DNA of 62,530 bases, counting the filler, from Bipalium vagum (taxonomy: Eukaryota), in NCBI GenBank assembly GCA_037834085.1. It is 3 parts of 3 records of this genome, joined end to end, with 100 filler letters (N's around TTAATTAATTAA, not from the genome) between each part and the next. Parts side by side here need not be neighbours in the genome. Positions count along the whole stretch, not along the records: positions 24,806 to 44,207 come from JBBMKC010272564.1; positions 44,308 to 62,530 come from JBBMKC010035690.1; 1 more part is not named here. One strand, given 5' to 3'. Shown one piece after another: positions 37,677-51,278 of this stretch; the first letter of the stretch is position 1, and each line of letters begins with the position of its first letter. The notes under the pieces were generated by a model. That model made no database searches and had not been told where the DNA came from. It saw only the letters and a program-made list of their open reading frames with translations. Both the position numbers and the translations under genes were made by a program.

Positions 37677-40600
37677 TTATTTATTCACATAGTCTTGCAC
37701 ATAAGCAACCAAAGCCTCCATAGTCATTGTTTCGTCTACCAGGCACAACTGATCAAATATTTCTAAAGTCTTGTCATAGAGTCTGTCGTACAAATTGCTA
37801 TTCAACTCTTCCTCGATTACCATTCGTTCGACATCGTCTTCTGCGCCGTCCAGGACCAACTGCCTCTTGCGCCCGACCCTTGGAGGCTGATGTTCCCAAC
37901 CAGATATATAATGGCGAAAAGCGAGCTGTTTTCTAACGATATCTATCACTTTTGGCAACGAGTCCGGTCTAACATGTTAATAAAAGACGTTTTGGAATGC
38001 CAGAAAAAAACGTACGGATTTAATCCTTGCCACAATTTGATCTTTCTGTATCTTTCTTTATCAAACAAAGCCATGTTTCGCGGATCCAAAGCATCGTTGT
38101 CGTCTGAGCTGAAAACGTCTTCCATTATGTTCAAGACTGCATGATAAATCCGAACTCGGTCGATAAATCTGTCGCTGAGAATATCTGTTCTGTCGGAAAT
38201 TTTTTGAACGATCCACTGGTTGTAAATACCTTTTTCGAACAGAAAACACTTTAAAACAAAAATTATATTTCCAGCACAAAGTACGATTGGTTTCTTCGTC
38301 CGAATTCACTTCCCTGAACTCTTTGGGCATCTTGTCAAAGCACATCTTGAACACTGCCTTCGTTTCTTTCCCGTATCGCGTTTCTCTGGCAGCAAAAAGC
38401 TGGTCGACGGCTATTTCCACCAGAGGCATCACTGTCTCGTCTTTCCAAGGAATCAAGCATCGCAGATAAGAGAATTTCTGATCGGTCGCCTTGTCGTTGA
38501 GAGAGTCGTCTACGTGGTGCTGGCTGAATGTCTACAGTTATTATTCAGACAAAATACATCCAAAAGAAAAAGATCTAACAATTGATTCCGGTAACATCGT
38601 CATGAGTTTTTGGAAATTCTCAAAATCGAAAAAATTCTCGTAATTAATGTTGGGGTTTTCTTCATCAAGGGATTGGGGTTCTTCGTCATCAGAATTGGCC
38701 GCCTCATTTTTCGATTCGTTGGTATTGTTCAGACTGTTCGAATTAGTGACCAGTGAATCCTGAACGCGGAACAAGGTCAAACGCTCCAGCTTAGTTTTTA
38801 GACTGCTGATTTTCAGATTAATGTACTAAAACCAAAGCGGTTCATCAATAAATTGAGAGTGGGTTATCTGGATTGCATTACTTCTAGGTATTTCCTGTTA
38901 AATTCCTCTTTACGGAGTTTGCCTTCTTTTGTTAGGGTCAAATCGGAAATTACTTGTTTCTGTTTTCGCTTAAGATACCTTAGACCCTTCTTTATTCTAA
39001 CTTCGATTTGAAACTGGCAATCACCTACATACAATGGTAACTTAAACTGTCCCAGGATCAATGTAATATCAATCAATACTCTTTTCACTGAAAGATGTCA
39101 AAAAATCTTTGGTGGTGTAGCTTTTGTATTCTTGATTATTTGAATAATGATTATCGAAATTGCTCTTTGTTTCCGCCAACGTGTTACTTACGGAAGTCAA
39201 TGTTACGGTTTCCGCTTTTGTTTCCGTAGATATATGACTCTGTTTAATCCCTATTTCAGTTCGATCACCAGACACTACTGATCTGTTTTCTCCACAACCA
39301 GCAGCACCCGACAGCTTCTTTTTAGATAAAACAGAATTCTCGCTTTTCTGACAAACCTTTTCTTTATCAAGAGATCGAGACTTGGACGATTTCTCAGACC
39401 TTTTATCACCGCCATCGAAATGATTCGTTAGTCGGACCAAGTCGTGCTTTTTACTCTGAATATCAACATTCCCAGTACCCCTGGACCGATTCCGCGGACA
39501 GTTTTGAACATTGTCTGACGATGACTCTTCAAATTTGTTAGCGTCACTAATAATAAAGACCCCAATAATCTTTGAAAAAAAAATTTAGTTACAGATTATG
39601 CCGGAAGTAGTAATTATCTCTATCCACAGACGAAACTAGGCGGAACTTGGTCTCGGATTCCACCAAACAATCTTTGATCATTTGTTTATAGAGATCTTTG
39701 AAGCGTTCTAAATAATTTTTCATTACATTTGAGAAAGAAAACCAATAGAAATTTATTATAATTAAATAATGTAACAAAAATCTATGAAAACCTTTTTCTT
39801 TACCCAGAGCTTGAGACTTGGTCGATTTTTCAGACATTTTATCGTTGTCAACGATCCGATTCGAAAGTCGGACCAAATCTTTGTGAGTTTTGCCCTGAAT
39901 GTCAACGTTAAACTTTACAGTTTTTTACTCATCATTAAGTTTTTACTTCTTTCTGAAGAAAACCGTTCCAACCACTATTGTGTCGATTCCAGAGAGAGTT
40001 TTGACTATGGACCGATAGGCACTCCTCAAATTGATTGACATCACTAATAATAAATACCATAATAATCGTTGAAAGAATAACAGTTTTAGTTACAAATTTT
40101 CCTTGAAGTAACAATTTTCTCTATCCAAAAACATTCGACGGTGCCTCGTCGTGGAATCCACGACGTACTCTTGGGTCTGTTGTTTAGGGGAATTCTTAGA
40201 GCACACTAAATACATTTTTTTCATAAAACATTCAACACTGAATCACGATGAAAAAGAAAACAAAGAGAAAATTATTATAATTAATAATACAAAAATCAAT
40301 AAATCTTTACGAGTATAAATAATCAATAATAATAAAATTTAATGATTATTAATTTCCATTAATCACAAGGGATAATAAGTTTCTTCCGTCAAATTTTTCG
40401 AGTCACCTTGAAGATCTCAGGCTTTTTCTTTTAAGAGGACATAGTACACATTATTCTAAGTTGTGATCCCGGTGTCAGAAGAAGGTTTGAATGTTACTGG
40501 ACACATTTCCACTACTTACGTCATTAAGAAGATTTATTTTATCATTTTTTGCTCCGTTTAAAACCTGATTTTATTGGTCACGATCGACAGTTAGAAAAAG

Positions 40601-41175
40601 TAAAGCAAACTTTTTCTGAAGAAAAGACCGAGAACCTCGCTCTTTTTCATTATATTAAAGGAAGGAAAACAAGACAGAAAATATCCCAGATCACTGCAAC
40701 ATATGCAGCTGGACTGGTAAAAAATGAAAAAATCATCACCTTTGCTTTGAATATTCGCTTGAAACATCTTTATGGTCTTGGACATTCTATCGACACTCGA
40801 CAAGCAATTCTTCATGACCAGATTTGCTTCGTTTGCGTTCTGGATGCAGTTGAGATTTTTGGCTTTGAGCTGATTTTGATTTGATTGCCGTTCTGATTTT
40901 TGTAACGAGAAGACATTAACAACGATATATGATACCAAATTGATACACTCACCCATGTCTTCATTTATGCCAATCGATTTCGTTTTCGGTGAATTTGAAC
41001 AGTTTTGACATAAACGACGCGTTTTTTTCATGTCAAAACGTTCTTCCTTTCCATTATCCGCATCGACCGTGAACTTTGAGTTTGTTTTAATTTGTGATTT
41101 TGATCTACTTGTTGAGTGGTTCTTAAGAAATTCAAATTCAAATTCTTTGTTTCTTTCTAAATTTTTATTTAACAT
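37677..41175 (-). CDS. Second, compact CEP350-like paralogue with the C-terminal (DUF4378-type) domain; multi-exon
   Basis: IPWKDETVMPLVEIAVDQLF, RIYHAVLNIMEDVF and RVGRKR...ELNSNLYDRLYDKTLEIFDQL resemble the CEP350 C-terminus; QIEVRIKKGLRYLKRKQKQVISDL resembles the SDIEGRIRAL coiled coil. Short GT-AG introns; ATG at 41175 with an in-frame upstream stop; stop codon at 37677. Confidence 0.65.
39355..40310 (-). repeat. Diverged tandem duplication (~450-500 bp units) of exon/intron blocks
   Basis: VRLTNHFDGGDKRSEKSSKSRSLDKEK vs VRLSNRIVDNDKMSEKSTKSQALGKEK; the introns also align (tcactaataataaa at ~39544 and ~40041). Confidence 0.8.
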
Positions 41176-42084
41176 AAAACGTCACATAAGTAATTTTTTG
41201 TCTTTGAAGAAAAGTAAGGTTACAAATTATTGTTCTCCCCAAAACAATGTATCAATTACTTAACATTGATTTTCAAATTGACAAGTGTTCAAAAAACAAC
41301 ATAATATATGAACCATGTTCCAAAGAAATGGAATCCCGTAAAAAAAATATCTCTGGGGGATTTATTTTAAAAATTTTAAAGGTGTCTTTTAACTAAGCAA
41401 AAAAATAGGCCTGCGTAAATGAATCCCTCAAGTTTTAATCACGAAAATGCTTTTGTATTTAGATATATAATTTTTTTACCAATCTTTGAACATTATAAAA
41501 AAGAAAAACAATTAATCAAAATATGTTTAAAAATCCATAATTTTTGAATAAATTTTCCATTGGAAATAATTTTCCAATATTTATTGATTAATAACATGAA
41601 AAAAAAATCTTTCTCTTTAGACATTAGTCATTCATCAATAATAATAATAATAATTTCTTATTAAAAAAAATACGAAACAATTAAAAAACCATACCATTTT
41701 TCAAAAACGTTTCACAGATCATCAAAAATTATCGGAACATTAACTTTTGGTGAAGATAAATTAAAATTTTAAATTTAAACAATTTTAAAATTAAATTTTT
41801 AATATTATACAAACAAAACCGCTAAAGCCAATAAATATCTTGAGGCAGAATTTTCAATTTTATGTTATAATTTTAGGCACGGTTTTAAAAAATAAATGTG
41901 CAAATATTGATTTTTACAAGAAAGATTTGGTGATTTTAACTATTTACATATAAAAATGTAAAAATGAATTCTTTAAATGTACTTTAACAGAAGTACAATT
42001 ATATTTAGCACCATTTACATCGTTTTCACCTCTATTATGAGATTGTAAAGGTCTACTTTGACAGTGTAAGGTTTAATTTTGACT

Positions 42085-42720
42085 TTGTAAAGCTTAATTT
42101 GTCAAAATTATCGACTGAACAGCAAAATGCTATTGAAGAATGGATTGAAGAAGACTGTTCGATCTCTTTAACAAAAATTGCTAGTAAATGTTTGGAAGAA
42201 TTCAATGTAACGGTTTCAAAGACAACAATAATTAATGTTATATCACATTGTTTATTTATACCTTGAAACGTGTCCATAATATCCCACCAAAAGAAAATGG
42301 TGCATCCAATATACAATCAAGATTATGCAGTGCACAAGAATTTATTAAACTTCCTACTCAAGTTTCTGAAAGTAACGTATTTTTTATTGACGAAGTTGGC
42401 ATTAATGTAAGCATAAAAACTAAGAGAGAACGATCTTTTAAAGAAAAAAGACATTCATGTTGTCCAATCTTTACAAGAAATATAAGATCAATGAACATAT
42501 CTGGTTGCTGTACAATGAATATGTAACCTTTATTTTTGGATTATGCTGCTCAAACCCGTTCTTTTTGAATATATAGAAAATCTAATAGCTTTGCTTAAAA
42601 AATATTCATACGAAATAGGTTTTAATAATGAACAATGTTCCTTTCCATAAAACTTCAAGAATAAAGAAATCCAAATTGAACCATGTAACCACAGCAAATC
42701 ATTTAAATTCAATTGGTGAG
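42085..42720 (+). mobile_element. IS630/Tc1-like transposase relic
   Basis: IEEWIEEDCSISLTKIASKCLEEFNVTVSKTTI, YTLKRVH, VFFIDEVGINVS, RSMNIS. Confidence 0.8.
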
Positions 42721-44207
42721 TTTGCTAAATATTAGGCAAAAATGAAAGATATAAACATGTATTAAACCGTTACACAAAACAACAACGATTATTAATCGAT
42801 AATATCTCAAGTTCTATTACAAAATATGACCGTCTTCAAATATATGACAGTACCTCCACTGTTAACAACTTTCGGCACTGACAAATCGTTTAGTACACAT
42901 TACCTGCGTCTGGAAACCTTATCAATACTTTTCAGATGTCAATGAATGGTAGATTCCGTTGAATCAAGTACCTCGTCCGATTTTTAACAATTAAAGCTGG
43001 ATTCCGTAAAAACTATCACCTTGAATAAATCTTCATCAAATACCATTGGTTGCCTCAAAAGATTCGCATTCTGAAAGCCTTTGTTCCCGAACAAAGCATA
43101 TTTTTATTCATCTTTGTTATTGATTTACAATACTAGTTACTTTCCTGTATACTTAGCATTTTTGTTACTGTGGTCGCGTTCATCATATAGCAAAATATAT
43201 CGAAGATGGTCGTTTTTTATTTCCATTTCAGGTACCCTAAAAGGACAGAATAACACATATAATTTTAACAAAAATTTATTTTTCTTCTATTTTTAAAATT
43301 TCTTATATATTTTTGTACTTTTAGAAGTCTTTTGGGAACCTACTTGGAATCGAATGGCACTTTTGATTGATTGACCTAATTTACAAGTTCAAAGTGTCAT
43401 TTTTGTGAATAAATAGAAAATTGCGGTTTAATAATTTTAATGCGTGAACTTATAATGAATAAAATTTCTTGAATGTATCGTTCTATCACGTCCAGATAAA
43501 CCCTAACCCCAAACCAATTATAATAAGCATTTTGTTTATTGTTCATTTAGGTTTAGGGCTCAACATATCATGTAATTCATAAAGATGTACCTCATGTTTT
43601 AATAATTTTAAAAAGGTAAGTGATCAATGTTTTTCGCCCAACCAGTAGAAATATTATAGCTTTATTTATCTTATTTATTCTTTTGTTTACGTTAAGCTTG
43701 CTTGTCCTTCAGAAGAGTCTAATACAAGGAATCAACGTGACCTTCTGAAATGCATTTAACTTACACCCTACACAGTACTACACGTTTTAGACCTTTTCAT
43801 TGTTGATAACACCAAAACTTTTATTAATTAAATGTCCACACATACAGACAGTCTTCGTACTCCTTCAAAAAACTCACGAGTTATGGTTTGAGTGTAGATT
43901 GTCTTGCCACTGTCACGTCTTACTTATAGACTGAGATTCTATTTTTCTCATCATATCGGATGCAGTACCGGTTCTCTAATTTTTCACGAACCATGCCCGT
44001 TTTGACCTTCTTTAAGGATGAAATTTCATCTGACTGGTAAGCGTGTTCGAACTCTTTGGTCCCAGGGCAATACTGTGATATGATAAAGGAGCAACAAAGA
44101 CATCTTTTATTGTGGAGTCTGTATATAAATTGCTTCACGGAAGGAAGTTTATCGCAATGAAGGACCAGCACGTTTTCGTTATCAATATCGGAATTTCTTT
44201 CGAATAT

Positions 44208-44307
44208 NNNNNNNNNNNNNNNNNNNNNNNNNNNNNNNNNNNNNNNNNNNNTTAATTAATTAANNNNNNNNNNNNNNNNNNNNNNNNNNNNNNNNNNNNN
44301 NNNNNNN
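44208..44307. other. Assembly gap with artificial six-frame-stop linker
   Basis: N run with TTAATTAATTAA at 44252-44263. Confidence 0.98.

Positions 44308-44375
<68 letters not shown>
44308..44375. repeat. (ATT)n microsatellite
   Basis: Pure ATT run at the contig edge. Confidence 0.97.
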
Positions 44376-44376
<1 letters not shown>

Positions 44377-45049
44377 TATTATCTATTATTATTTATTTTT
44401 TTATTATTTACCATTATTATTATTGATTATTTCTTTTATTATTAATTATTATAATTAATGATTAATTTCAATATTATATTTAAATTCAATTACATTATCG
44501 ATTTTATGTCAGGTTTTCCTTTCAATTATTGTAAGTAAAGATGGATTAAAATTCGAGTGCATTATCTCAACCCTTTCTAACTTTTCAGCTGCTTTGTAAC
44601 CAATTGATGTAGAGCATAATTTAAATTGATGATTGTCAATTTAAATTTTCTCTTTCCTTTAACATTATTAATTTAATTAAAACAAATCTCCAGGGGATTA
44701 TTTTCAAAGCAATTCCCAAGTAATATATATAATCATAAAATAATTATTATTTCGAAAAACACTGTACCGATAATAAAAAATAATTAATTGTTTTAAGTTA
44801 TCATTTTACGTTAATTATATATCAGTTTTCGAGGAGTGGTATCATTACATTAGATATAAAATGTAATAATTAATTATATTACCAATGATATTGTTATCTT
44901 GATGTTGCAAAATTGATTTTCCTTTTCCTTACAGTATCAGCTATATTTCTTTTTCGAAAACAAAAATATATGACATTATTTTACACACTATGTTCCATGG
45001 AAAGGGTGTCGATGAGAAACAAAAGACAGCAAAGGAGCGGTTAGATGTT

Positions 45050-45301
45050 GCGTGAAATGTTCGCCCCATGTAGCACTCTTTGGTTGGAGAAATCTTCGAT
45101 TCAAGTGAAGGTATCCATACGCACTTGACTCAGTTCTTTGCAAATAAGGAAAAGAATTTTTAGGTGGATGGAATCCTAAAATTAACAGACAGGTGGCAGA
45201 AGATGTTGGATCAAAAGGAACAATATATTGTTGACTTAAAATTTAATCAGTGCATTTGAATTTCATTGTAAAAACGGAAGTAATTTCCGAACACCCTAAT
45301 A
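45050..45301 (+). mobile_element. Mariner 3' end
   Basis: QFFANKEKNF*VDGILKLTDRWQKMLDQKEQYI, then a TIR-like end aatttccgaacaccctaata. Confidence 0.85.
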
Positions 45302-47329
45302 GTTCTTTATAGCCACTATGGTTCAGTAGATTTGTTATGAAATATTTCAAACCAATACTCTTTATAAATGTCCCAAGATTTTGATTAGAGTTTACTGGAT
45401 GACAGGAGTGCTGGCCTTTCAAACGAAATTATTTTTTGAGAATACCCAAAGATCATCACTGTCGAATCACTGAGGATATTTTAGAATTCTAATGCTCTTT
45501 CAGGTCAAAAAATCAAGCACTACTTTACATTTGTTTACCAGCGTACTGCCATGACACTTTCTCATTGTATTCAAAACGAACTTGGTGAATTATTTTTTTA
45601 CAAACGTGATAATATCTATCTGAGTCTCTTGAAGAAATTATTTATGGATGTTGGCGCAACTCTTGCCTAGCTCACCTGAACTGCACTAAGGTTGCTGTGG
45701 GCTTACCTAAAGATCTCACTAACTCACCACCCCAACAAAACACAAAAAAAATTACTCTAAAAATGTATTAAATAAAATGAGGATGAAACCATTTTTATTT
45801 AAATCAATCAAACTGCAACAATCGACAGTCACACAAAATCAACATACTGCTCAGGCAGTCCCTCAAACATTCTCAAACACCCCTAATTAAAAGCTATGCC
45901 AGGGAAAACCCTGGTCAGCAAAATGAAATCCCCAATAAAAATCTTACCTTTTATTAGGCAATTTTCTGTTCAAAAAGTAATGAATTTTCGCTGGCTTTTA
46001 ATATTTTACTATTTGTTTTAGCTTCTCTAGTTGGCCAGTTAATCTGTCAATCATGACGTTCTTTCTAAATTTAATTATTACTAAAAATAAAATCAATATC
46101 TAAGAATTTCTGAAAATTAGAATTTTAGAGTGACATACTACTGATTAACAATCAGTAGTTGCTCCTAAAATAATATTTAAAATTTATTTTTTAAAATTTA
46201 TTTAATTTATTTTAAGTTAATAATTAAAATACGTAATTTAAAATTACGCCACGTATTATTTAAATTTTATTTTTCGCCAAAATTTTATTTACAGAAACTT
46301 TAAAGATAGAAGATGAACCCCAACATGGATGATGAATTTACTAATTGCAAAACCAGTACAAGTGTCCTGATTTCGCATCTTTGAAGTCATAATTTTTCAG
46401 TATTTAGCCACATAAAGAAATTCATTACCGGTTTTGACTCTTTTCATAGATTTCACTGAAAGCATTACATTTAATCAACAGTTGCAGTTTTTACAATAAA
46501 TTTGATATCTGATTCAGATATTCAATTCATTTCAAAAAATGAGTTTTTAGTTTATTATCAGTTGGCAAGTGAGACAAAAGAATGCTTCAATTACTTTATG
46601 TTTCAGCAACATTTTTATGTAACATTACTGATCTCTTAAGAGTCTACCCAGGTAAATTTCTTTTCTATAAATCTCGAATACTTTTAACAGTTTTTCTTGG
46701 TGTCTATTAATCAAATGAGGTTCCAGATAATGATAGTCTTGAACAATCACACTTTCAACCAGAAATCTAGTATATCTCATAAATAAATTCTTCGACCTTA
46801 AGACATATATATACCACATCGTGTGTATCAGTTATTACTAATCACAGGATAACTTCAAAGATGAAAAAATGATTGCATAAAATGGTACGTACATCTCTTT
46901 AAAAACATTTATTTGTATAAAAAATTATCACAAATTTTATAAAAAAATACTAAAAAGTGCCAAAAGAAGCTTTACTATTACTTTACAGACTTACTTTAAA
47001 TAGACTCAAGTATCATTTTACAAACAATGTTATAACTATAAAGCATAAGACACCGATCATGATAAAGAAAAGACCAGCTTGGGGACTGAAATACAAACAA
47101 TACAGAGACACACTTTGGTAAAAAAAAGTTTAATTTTCTACAAAACGGTTTTCATTAAATCGGTTTAATTTCTTACGTTTAAAATAACAATATTTTTTGA
47201 GTCTATTTCAATGGCCAGATACTGAACATTATAATACTTTAAATTTAGTTTGTGACAGATAATGCGTGATGAATTGCATTTAAAATTAGATTACCTTAAT
47301 GCAGAAGCTTAAAGAATCATGCCATAAGT

Positions 47330-47450
47330 GTCGTCGAAATTATGGAAATCTTTTGTTACACCTATCTGTTAATGATTTTGATTTTTGGTAAATAATTAGA
47401 AGGAAATCTGGTGAATATGGTGGATAATGTAAGACTTTCCAATTTACCGG
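47330..47450 (-). mobile_element. Mariner fragment
   Basis: WKVLHYPPYSPDF. Confidence 0.75.
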
Positions 47451-47658
47451 AATCATACTAATACACCTAATATTGGGTTGATTCATAAGTTCATGCGTTT
47501 TTTCTATATAAACTTCAAAAGTAAATTTTAAATATATTATTTGTTTAAATATCAACAGGTTGCACATCATTTGAAGTTGAGAAAGAGATGCATAAGATAC
47601 TTTTAATTATGTTACGTTATATGTAGTTTGTGTATATATATTTGTTCAGAAAAAAAGC

Positions 47659-47830
47659 ATGGATAAATTAGCAATCCGTATACTTCTAAAACATTACTGT
47701 AAGCAGAATTTCAGACTCATAGATGCTGCAAAGAAAATATGTGAAGTTGAATGCGACAAATCAGTGTCCATAACAACTGCTCAAAAGTGGTTCAAAAAAT
47801 TCAACAAGGGTGACATGGATGGTCATATGT
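47659..47830 (+). mobile_element. Mariner N-terminal HTH fragment
   Basis: IRILLKHY...AAKKICEVE...TAQKWFKKFNKGD. Confidence 0.8.
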
Positions 47831-49312
47831 CATCAAATGAAATTACCATTGAAATGAAGAATAAATGACATTTTACAGCAGTCCCAATTATAATAAGAAA
47901 TGTTTAAATGAGATGAGGATATGGTCAATGGTTCCCAAGTTTGTACCAAAATTGATCCCACTTCATAAAGAAAAAAGATAACCAAAAGACAAGATTTGAT
48001 TGGTGGACTTTCAGTGTAGAATGTTAATTTGAACTAAATTAAGATCCTGTTGGAGTTTAGCACAGGTCAATTCGAAGTTTGTTTTTAAAGGAGAAAAGGC
48101 AAAATATTATATTTTATATTATTTATTCTGCAAAAAAGGCTTTAATAAAACATTAAAAAATTTATCATAAAGTTCATTATCTTATAGTAATTTTCATTAA
48201 AATATTGTCTCACTTTTTATAGCAATGGGTAAAACAATTTAGGTGCACAAATATTAATAAAATTTAAATAGTTAAATTATGAAAAATGTAGACTTTATTT
48301 TAATGTGTCGGCTATGTGATAAGTTATCATTGATAACTGAAGAAAAATAAACTGAGGAATAAAAAGGACAAATAAATTATAATATTAATGACAAAAACAT
48401 GAGTAAATGGGATACATTAGTTTTACTATATTATGATCTTGAGATCATTTCCTTTAAAAAATAACATTAACTCAATTTTTCGGTAGAAAAACTATAAATT
48501 TCTTCGTTTATCCCTTTCAAGTAGATTTTTCGGATTTTTGTAATTGAAAACTCGAATATGGGTCTTTAATGAAATTTCTTTGGCGTTTGATAACACTATT
48601 TGTAACTTTAGAGAAAATTCCATTGATGTAATATATATCGAATTAAATCAATTTTCACATCCAGATTCATAACTAAATATTAAATATTTTTCATCATTTA
48701 TTTATTTAAACAAAACATATTTTATGAAATTTATAAAAAATAAATAAATTTAAATAAAATATTTTTCATACAAAATAGACAGATAAGTTAATTTATTCAG
48801 TTTTAATACAACCGATATTATTTGTATATGATATTTAATTGTAATAGAAGAACATTAATTTTCTTACGTGAGAATAGGTGCATCAAAATCTTATATATGT
48901 TATAAATTTTTTAAATCAATAAGTGATATTTTAGAATTTTTCCGTCAACAGTATTGATTTTAAATTTAAACTAATTTTTATTTTAGAAATTTTGTTAAAA
49001 ATATTTTTAATTAATTATTTAAAAATTAATCAAACTTTGTAAAGTTAGCCAGTTTCCTATTTTGATTAAAAAATTATCATATTTATTGAAAAAAATAATT
49101 AATAATGCATAAGAATAATTATTGTAAGTAAGACAGCATAATTAAAAATCTCTCGAGGTATAAAACAAGTTTAATAAGAAGTTTATATTTTGAAATTTAT
49201 TATGTTTATAATAATCAAATAAAATTTTCTTTTAAATGAATAATAAATATTCCTTATTAATAATAATTATTAATAGTAATAGAAATATTATTATTATTGA
49301 TTATTATCGTTA

Positions 49313-49313
<1 letters not shown>

Positions 49314-49387
<74 letters not shown>
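49314..49387. repeat. (ATT)n microsatellite
   Basis: Pure ATT run. Confidence 0.97.
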
Positions 49388-49453
49388 TAATGGTACTTCT
49401 TATATTACTATGAAACTGTTTCATAACACTTTGCAAGTAAATTTACTGATCCT

Positions 49454-49621
49454 GGAAGAATTAAATCTGACAACCCCAGTGTTGTGAGATTTAACTGGTT
49501 GTGTGACGGGGTTGTCAGATTAAATTAGTTGTATAATAGGGTTTTCAGATTCAGATGGTTGTAAAATGTGGTTGTGAGAATTAACTGGTTGTGTGACGGG
49601 GTTGTCAGATTAAATTCGTCC
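49454..49621. mobile_element. 168-bp MITE with 24-bp TIRs and an 8-bp TSD (Merlin-like)
   Basis: TSD ctgatcct at 49446-49453 and 49622-49629; TIRs ggaagaattaaatctgacaacccc / ggggttgtcagattaaattcgtcc; internal 30-bp tandem units. Superfamily inferred from GG termini plus 8-bp TSD. Confidence 0.85.
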
Positions 49622-50483
49622 CTGATCCTTTCACTTTTGTCAATAATGTTCGAAAATAATTAAATCAAAACGATCACAATAAAACTTAATTTCAATAATA
49701 TACATACTCGACTGAATATCACACAACAAATTGATATCTATAATTGCGAAATGTCTTCAATTATTAATGAGTGAAATTGAGTCAAATATTGAGTCTCTTT
49801 AGCGTTCTAATAATTCGAAGGTTAAAGGGATGTGCCCTTGGCTAACTGAATACTATCATTTTTAATATTATGTCTAATTTATATTAATATATTTATAAAA
49901 GATTTACTTGTGTAACAAATAACAGTTCACAGTATTTTCCACATTATTGATTTTTTTTAATTCTCTAACCTACATATAATAATGATAATAATAAAATATT
50001 TAAGTTGGCTGGAAATTAAATTATTCAGACTTTGGTTTGAAAACCGAAATTTTATTTGCATAATCTCACAATTTATTAGTTGAAGTAAATCTCATAAATT
50101 ATGCAGCTCACTGATGGAGGCCATAAAATATTCAGGGGTCTCGAAAATACTTTGGCAATGCAGTTGATTAAAAGTTGCATAATAATACTTCATCAATTTT
50201 AAGTCCTGTAGAGATGATTTCGCTCACCCTTATGTAAGCCACAGACAAATCCACTTAACCTTAGTATAAGCATTTTTAGAGACAAATAGATAAAGCTGAA
50301 AGAAATGTTGATTATTGTGATTTTTCGAATACTGATAATTCCGGTTATTATAGGAAAATATTATATACGTTACCATCTGTAAAAATTGATTTCATTAAAA
50401 GACATCAAATGTTATCTGAGGAATCTTTTACAGTTCTTTTTATCATAATCAATTTGAATTGAAAAAATTTTTTAGTGTAAATA

Positions 50484-51278
50484 TATTATATTGACCCATA
50501 AGTTTCCGGAATTTGTAATATAATATTGTTACTGAAAACAAAAGCTTTAAGAATAAATTTTATTTATCGAAATATAATCCATCATGATCAATTGTCTTGA
50601 ACCTGTCTTTCATCATATCCTTAGATACAAAGAATTCGTGATATTCTTGTTTAATATCATAGAGATCTAGTTCTCAATTTCCTTCCTTTTAAGAAAGAGA
50701 AATTTGATCGAAAAAGAAGAAATCAAATGGCGCTGGATCGGAACTGCGTGGTAGGAATTCAATATCAAGACTGTTAATTTTTCTTTTACCTACAATGGCC
50801 GTACGTAGCCGTTAAGTAACCCTTTATAGTTACACAAACGCATAGTATTTTTCTTTTATCAAAGTGGCCTCTTTTATGAACTTTTTCAGATTTATCTTAA
50901 GTCATTACTTTGTGAAATCTGGATTGTTGTAGTAGACTTACTTTCGTCACATGTCACAATTTTGTAGATAATTTTTTATGGTTGATGGAATCTTCTGTTG
51001 CATTCAAAGATTATTCAATAACCTCAGCCACAATACAAAAGAGTTGGAACTCGTACAATATTAATTCTCGAGCCAGATTTCTCAGGAAAAAATTTAATTA
51101 TCTAAAGTGATATAGAAAATATCAATATTATCAAAATATATTTTTAATTTTCAAAATTTGAATGGTTTGCTGATATTTAAAAAATCAAATAATAATTTTA
51201 AACAAATGCTTATTTATCTTAACAATTAACATAAGTATAATATACAAAACTCTGGAAACTTGTGGATCACTCTAATAC
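50484..51278 (-). mobile_element. Internally deleted mariner with TIRs
   Basis: Ends tgacccataagtttccgga / tctggaaacttgtggatca; KIVTCDES and SSDPAPFDFFFF (degenerate YSPDLAPCDFFLF). Confidence 0.75.

Noticed and set aside
34312-37677. Circularly permuted or trans-spliced single CEP350 gene
   Set aside because: Both loci contain the homologous coiled-coil exon, so tandem paralogy is the simpler explanation; kept only as an alternative to test.
42770-43230. Possible PIF1/Helitron helicase relic (LLIDNIS...NFG)
   Set aside because: Only faint motif resemblance with many stops; not supportable.
45300-46900. Possible decayed exons, including ORF 46625-46819
   Set aside because: No recognisable domain and stops in all frames over most of the region.
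49481-49621. CRISPR-like array
   Set aside because: Units are contiguous 30-mers without unique spacers, enclosed by TIRs and a TSD; eukaryotic context, no cas genes.
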